Source of the DNA: Paraphysomonas bandaiensis
Lineage: Eukaryota; Protista; Chrysophyceae
Reading direction: 5' to 3'
Assembly (NCBI GenBank): GCA_965644295.1
Contig: CBFFRP010000655.1
Coordinates: forward strand, 18,792 to 82,791
DNA length: 64,000 nt
Positions 61,301-64,000 of this stretch are shown in pieces (position 1 is the first letter of the stretch; the number at the start of each line of letters is the position of its first letter). The position numbers and the translations under genes are program-made. Under the pieces are notes generated by a model. That model was not told the DNA's origin, searched no databases, and worked only from the letters and a program-made list of their open reading frames with translations.

Positions 61301-64000
61301 ACGGTTGGTCAGGAGCAAATTTCAGTTATTGGGTTCAAATCCGTGATGAGGATAGTGAATTGACAGAATTCACATTGGATTGTAATTGTACAATAATTGC
61401 GGGTTGTATTTATCCTTCAGATTTGAACATCGATCAGCTATATCATATGACAGTGGATGCTGTTGATGATAACGGTGATTCATACGTACCGGCCTATCCA
61501 TGGGAGATCCATTGGACAGTTCAGATAGTTGAGGACGGTGTGTATATGGATAAGTATTATGGCGGATTCAACACGAGTATGACTTTTGAGTATTCTCGCG
61601 CGGAGGAGACATATGATTTGGTATGGTGGGAGAATCTATGGTCATACCCTGAGGCATGTGAAGGGTGTAACGATTTGAGTGGTGGGGGTATAACCTTTAA
61701 CGATTTCCTTGATAGCGTGGTGCATACTGGTTCCGAGAGTGAAGGTAGCTATGGTAATGTTTCTCTACCTGACTACATTCAATCTGCTTGGTACATCACG
61801 GACTCCACGAGGACTACTCTTCACTCATATGCGGAGCCTTTTTGCGGGGGTGGTAATGGTAGTATTGAAGTATGTGGTTCATGTTTGGAGGATGGTGAAT
61901 ATGTTTTCCGTGCTACAGGTGTATGTGATGATGATAGTGGTGATGTAACTTGGGAGTTCTGCGGTGTGTCTGGTGGCGCACAGGACCAGTTGTTGTTTAC
62001 TATAGTGAATGGTGATTGTCATCCTGGTCCATATGGATCTGTCGATGGTGTATGTGCCGACGATACGACGTCATTCCCAACCAGTGTACCAAGTTCAGTA
62101 CCGTCTGTAGTCCCCACTGGATTTCCAACATCAATTCCGACATCAGCACCTACAGCGGTCCCAACATTAGTTCCGACATCATCCCCAACTGGTGTACCAA
62201 CAAGTCTTCCAACAAGTACCCCAACTTCGGTTCCAACTTCATCTCCGACATCTATTCCAACATTGATTCCCACATCTACCCCAACAAGTGCACCGACAAG
62301 TTATCCAACAGGTGTTCCTACATCACTGCCAACGTCAGTTCCTACTAGCGCCCCTACCTCGAACCCGACTGCAATTCCTACTTCGTCCCCAACTGGTGTT
62401 CCTACACGTGTACCTACGGCATCACCAACGAGTATACCAACATCACTGCCCAGCAGTATGCCGTCATCAGTCCCTACTGAACTTGGAACGGTGAATCTTG
62501 TTCCGGAGCTGGAATGCTATCCTAACCCTGGGCCGGATCCCTTAGGAAACAATGATACTTGTTTGTATGTGACTTTAGTTGACCAGTTTGGAGATGGCTG
62601 GTCGGAGAATGTGAGCTATATGTACTGGGTTCAGATACGAGATGAATATTCGAATGTGGTGATGCACACTCTTCCTGACTGTGGGTGTGCGAAAATGATG
62701 GGGTGTATCCATCCATCTGATTTGAACTTGGATCAGCTGTATCACATGACTGTGGATGCTGTTGATGAAAATGGTGCGTCGTACATTCCAAGCAATGCTT
62801 GGGAGATCCATTGGAGTGTTCAAATTGTCGAGGATGGTGAGTATAAGGAAAAGTATTATGGTGGTTTCAATACAAGTCTTACTTTTGAGTATTCTCGTGC
62901 GGAGGAGACGTATGAGTTGGTATGGTGGGAGAATCTATGGACTGTTCCTGAAGTGTGCAATCCTTGTGAAGATTCATCATCTGGTGTGATGTCTTTCGGA
63001 GACTTCCTCGAGGATGTTGTTGTAGCTGGAAGTAGTAGTGTTGGAAGTTTCGGTGAGGAGGAGTATTATACCCAGACAACTTGGTACGTAACTGATGTGG
63101 ATGGTATTGCATTGTACGCCTATGGGGAACCCTATTGTGGTGATGGTGACGATGATGATTTGACGGCATGCTTATCTGGCTTAGCGGATGGTGTTTATAT
63201 CTTGCGTCACACTGGCATCTGTGATTCCAATCGGGATACTGTTACTTGGTCGTATTGTGGTGTGTCTGGGAATGCACAGGACGAGTTGGAGTTTGTCATT
63301 AGCAGTGGGGCATGTCACCCTGGTCCATATGGTGATGTGGTTGCTGTGTGTAATGATACGACGACATCGAACCCTACCTCTGTACCGACCTCTGTTCCTT
63401 CTGCACTTCCAACATCTTCGCCAACTTCAGTACCAACATCGTTTCCTACGGCAGCACCCACTGGAGTGCCAACAGCGGTGCCAACTGGCATTCCGACTTC
63501 GATTCCTAGCAGTGCTCCGACATCTGTTCCGACTTCTCTTCCAACATCATCTCCAACATCCGTTCCAACCGGTGTACCCAGTAGTACACCAACAGGAAGG
63601 CCAACATCAATACCAACAGCTGTTCCAACTTCGTCTCCTACAAGTGTTCCATCAAGTGCACCAACGTCAATGCCATCTGCTGTGCCGACATCGATACCAT
63701 CTTCCTCCCCAACATCACTACCAACAGCGTTCCCGACCTCTGTTCCGACATCATTGCCAACAGGTGTTCCTACTTCTGTTCCGACATCGTCTCCAACTTC
63801 AGTTCCCACCTCTGTACCGACATCTGCACCGACAGCCGTTCCAACAGGGGTTCCAAGTGGTCAGCCTACATCTGTTCCAACTGAGCTTGGTACCCCCAAT
63901 CCTGATCATGATATGATGTGTTATGACGAATGTACTCTGTATACGGATCATGTAGTCAATCCCATAGTCAATAATACGGTCAATGGTACTTGTCTTTTTG
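52348..64000 (+). CDS. Giant secreted/surface modular glycoprotein (>3,880 aa, 3'-partial): repeated ~280-aa Cys/Trp-rich LxDQFGDGW modules on PT/S mucin stalks
   Basis: ATG at 52348, signal peptide MIIHNFMLSICIVVLTFIVSVAA/MDVP. Frame +1 was stop-free in the stretches translated by hand, and the ORF track lists no frame +1 ORF here, consistent with no stop before the window edge. Modules start near 52450, 53340, 54520, 55750, 57060, 58470, 59780, 61190, 62510 and 63920 (partial). Confidence 0.92.
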   Translation, partial: MIIHNFMLSICIVVLTFIVSVAAMDVPYLNTSDVTCISHSSDVLRDSRNGTNSTCMYLTLVDQFGDGWGDNSSLIYWATVNGEDSNIVYLNLSCNCTKMIGCVPAFEANTEQMFHFHFDTGGRTPDYFWEIQWTVQLIENGVWGNKYYGGYNTTMSFEYSYVFDTFTALWLQNTLVHPENCDAGVNSYSPMVLTESFLQNWYGNDTDVYERYSTPEDSTGYLSSAWYITSATNRSILYGFSQPACEELGANYSYTSCLEDGEYIFRSTGYCDPLSMNFTWWFCGVTAEGLLHMEFNVVDGECYPVSNGTNIEVCEGDGSGEDSTAVTTSTLSCYSDDELPTLASNATCLYVTLLDQFGDGFSEDTGFYHWTTVNGEEGTVESYSLSCDCNKRVGCVEPVAGDHMTYFTLEAFDDNGASILPTQYWEMHWSVQIVESGVLKQKFYGGYNTTMVFEYTDGSYALEYHERLWNFPDGCTDCQRTAGDGTISYDNFVQHVSGNGASSSYGNESTSDFLQTGWYISDVSRSHLYAFGKPWCDMSQTNEASCVACLADGEYIYRSTGAYDPVGHEAQFEFCGIVGNITDEVRFRIVDGVCYPIANGDVSEVCADTLTSKPTSSPTPAPTDAPTSSPSIAPTANPTRIPTNSPTCSPTSLPTFNPTKDPTQSPTSVPTLHPTLFPTTNPTPNPTLNPTESPTVAPTFVPTASPSVKPSVSPTMATTISITPELECYPNPGPEPLGDNETCLYVSLVDQFGDGWPGNVSYMYWVESQGVVSNLIYHELPNCDCTRVLGCIHPTDLNSDLRFYMTVDAVDENGESYIPAKAWEIHWTVQIVERSVLKEKYYGGFNTSLSFGYSRAEETFELVWWENLWTVPEVCNPCEDSSSGVMSFGDFLEDVVVAGSSSVGSFGEEEYYTQTAWYVTDDEGLNLFAYGEPFCRDDDDIYDLAGCLSGLQDGSYVLRTTGARDPEGGDSMIEYCGVVAFATDEINFVIEDSQCQVGLYGDVSQVCDGLTARPSGSPTTRPTVQPTLSPTPVPTSLPTIPPTGSPTLSPTFSPTRKPTSSPTSKPTRKPTLAPTSKPTASPTFIPTVRPSRDPTHAPTRAPTVRPTFSPTTDPTGQPTGVPTELGTPYVESDLMCKDKCNIDLLEYEGGNSTLNGTCLSVTLLDQFGDGWSGAEFFYWVQINDDYTTLFNITVDCNCTMIAGCIYPSDLNIDQLYHMTVDAVDDNGDSYVPAYPWEIHWTVQIVEDGVYMDKYYGGFNTSMTFEYSRAEETYDLVWWENLWSYPEACEGCNDLSGGGITFNDFLDSVLHTGSESEGSYGNVSLPDYIQSAWYITDSTRTTLHSYAEPFCGGGNGSIEVCGSCLEDGEYVFRATGVCDDDSGDVTWEFCGVSGGAQDQLLFTIVNGDCHPGPYGSVDGVCADDTTSFPTSVPSSVPSVVPTGFPTSIPTSAPTAVPTLVPTSSPTGVPTSLPTSTPTSVPTSSPTSIPTLIPTSTPTSAPTSYPTGVPTSLPTSVPTSAPTSNPTAIPTSSPTGVPTRVPTVSPTSIPTSLPSSMPSSVPTELGTVNLVPELECYPNPGPDLLGNNDTCLYVTLVDQFGDGWSENVSYMYWVQIRDEYSNVVMHTLPDCGCAKMMGCIHPSDLNLDQLYHMTVDAVDENGASYIPSNAWEIHWSVQIVEDGEYKEKYYGGFNTSLTFEYSRAEETYELVWWENLWTVPEVCNPCEDSSSGVMSFGDFLEDVVVAGSSSVGSFGEEEYYTQTTWYVTDVDGIALYAYGEPYCGDGDDDDLTACLSGLADGVYILRHTGICDSNRDTVTWSYCGVSGNAQDELEFVISSGACHPGPYGDVVAVCNDTTTSNPTSVPTSVPSALPTSSPTSVPTSFPTAAPTGVPTAVPTGIPTSIPSSAPTSVPTSLPTSSPTSVPTGVPSSTPTGRPTSIPTAVPTSSPTSVPSSAPTSMPSAVPTSIPSSSPTSLPTAFPTSVPTSLPTGVPTSVPTSSPTSVPTSVPTSAPTAVPTGVPSGQPTSVPTELGTPNPDHDMMCYDECTLYTDHVVNPIVNNTVNGTCLFVTLLDQFGDGWSGANFSYWVQIRDEDSELTEFTLDCNCTIIAGCIYPSDLNIDQQYHMTVDAVDDNGDSYVPAYPWEIHWTVQIVEDGVYMDKYYGGFNTSMTFEYSRAEETYDLVWWENLWSYPEACEGCNDLSGGGITFNDFLDSVVHTGSESEGSYGNVSLPDYIQSAWYITDSTRTTLHSYAEPFCGGGNGSIEVCGSCLEDGEYVFRATGVCDDDSGDVTWEFCGVSGGAQDQLLFTIVNGDCHPGPYGSVDGVCADDTTSFPTSVPSSVPSVVPTGFPTSIPTSAPTAVPTLVPTSSPTGVPTSLPTSTPTSVPTSSPTSIPTLIPTSTPTSAPTSYPTGVPTSLPTSVPTSAPTSNPTAIPTSSPTGVPTRVPTASPTSIPTSLPSSMPSSVPTELGTVNLVPELECYPNPGPDPLGNNDTCLYVTLVDQFGDGWSENVSYMYWVQIRDEYSNVVMHTLPDCGCAKMMGCIHPSDLNLDQLYHMTVDAVDENGASYIPSNAWEIHWSVQIVEDGEYKEKYYGGFNTSLTFEYSRAEETYELVWWENLWTVPEVCNPCEDSSSGVMSFGDFLEDVVVAGSSSVGSFGEEEYYTQTTWYVTDVDGIALYAYGEPYCGDGDDDDLTACLSGLADGVYILRHTGICDSNRDTVTWSYCGVSGNAQDELEFVISSGACHPGPYGDVVAVCNDTTTSNPTSVPTSVPSALPTSSPTSVPTSFPTAAPTGVPTAVPTGIPTSIPSSAPTSVPTSLPTSSPTSVPTGVPSSTPTGRPTSIPTAVPTSSPTSVPSSAPTSMPSAVPTSIPSSSPTSLPTAFPTSVPTSLPTGVPTSVPTSSPTSVPTSVPTSAPTAVPTGVPSGQPTSVPTELGTPNPDHDMMCYDECTLYTDHVVNPIVNNTVNGTCLFVTLLDQFGDGWSGANFSYWVQIRDEDSELTEFTLDCNCTIIAGCIYPSDLNIDQLYHMTVDAVDDNGDSYVPAYPWEIHWTVQIVEDGVYMDKYYGGFNTSMTFEYSRAEETYDLVWWENLWSYPEACEGCNDLSGGGITFNDFLDSVVHTGSESEGSYGNVSLPDYIQSAWYITDSTRTTLHSYAEPFCGGGNGSIEVCGSCLEDGEYVFRATGVCDDDSGDVTWEFCGVSGGAQDQLLFTIVNGDCHPGPYGSVDGVCADDTTSFPTSVPSSVPSVVPTGFPTSIPTSAPTAVPTLVPTSSPTGVPTSLPTSTPTSVPTSSPTSIPTLIPTSTPTSAPTSYPTGVPTSLPTSVPTSAPTSNPTAIPTSSPTGVPTRVPTASPTSIPTSLPSSMPSSVPTELGTVNLVPELECYPNPGPDPLGNNDTCLYVTLVDQFGDGWSENVSYMYWVQIRDEYSNVVMHTLPDCGCAKMMGCIHPSDLNLDQLYHMTVDAVDENGASYIPSNAWEIHWSVQIVEDGEYKEKYYGGFNTSLTFEYSRAEETYELVWWENLWTVPEVCNPCEDSSSGVMSFGDFLEDVVVAGSSSVGSFGEEEYYTQTTWYVTDVDGIALYAYGEPYCGDGDDDDLTACLSGLADGVYILRHTGICDSNRDTVTWSYCGVSGNAQDELEFVISSGACHPGPYGDVVAVCNDTTTSNPTSVPTSVPSALPTSSPTSVPTSFPTAAPTGVPTAVPTGIPTSIPSSAPTSVPTSLPTSSPTSVPTGVPSSTPTGRPTSIPTAVPTSSPTSVPSSAPTSMPSAVPTSIPSSSPTSLPTAFPTSVPTSLPTGVPTSVPTSSPTSVPTSVPTSAPTAVPTGVPSGQPTSVPTELGTPNPDHDMMCYDECTLYTDHVVNPIVNNTVNGTCLF
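55951..64000. repeat. Near-identical 2,724-bp (908-aa) coding tandem repeat, ~3 copies, runs off window
   Basis: Shadow ORFs recur at exact 2,724-bp offsets (56261/58985/61709; 57740/60464/63188). Identity begins near 55951 vs 58675, and only scattered substitutions separate the copies. Confidence 0.97.

Noticed and set aside
52766-63916. Many short ORFs listed on both strands in 52.7-64 kb
   Set aside because: Alternate-frame or antisense shadows of the single frame +1 giant ORF; many recur at the 2,724-bp period.
1-64000. tRNA, rRNA or spliceosomal snRNA genes; alternative genetic code
   Set aside because: No recognisable RNA-gene motifs by eye. Conserved proteins (RPB5, RPS11, PRP19) translate normally with the standard code, and the introns I checked are GT-AG.

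Overview
Eukaryotic nuclear DNA with short GT-AG introns (mostly ~45-70 nt), probably a flagellated stramenopile such as a chrysophyte-like ochrophyte (inference from the gene set and intron style). The first ~40 kb is compact, intron-rich housekeeping and ciliary territory. It holds an S28 serine peptidase (partial), cyclin L, a myristoylated EF-hand/WW protein, an RIIa-domain protein, a TCAIM/DUF4460-like protein, a PH/Niban-like protein, a CTFxP-repeat protein, a DSP pseudophosphatase, PRP19, RPS11, RPB5, a thioredoxin-like [2Fe-2S] ferredoxin, an HFSLG-repeat protein and an LRR-PAQR fusion. It also has two diverged copies of an LTR-like repeat. The last ~23 kb switches to intron-poor genes, mostly for secreted or surface proteins. 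One is a ~2,600-aa C-type lectin / 60-bp-minisatellite mucin rod / plant-type LRR protein, and another is a small EGF-TM protein. The largest is a giant ORF (52348 to beyond 64000, >3,880 aa) that the ORF track misses because it has no stop in the window. It is built from at least 10 copies of an unrecognised ~280-aa acidic Cys/Trp-rich module (hallmark LxDQFGDGW) strung on Pro/Thr/Ser stalks, and the distal part is amplified as a near-identical 2,724-bp tandem repeat. This giant modular protein and its island are the best candidates for an undescribed system.
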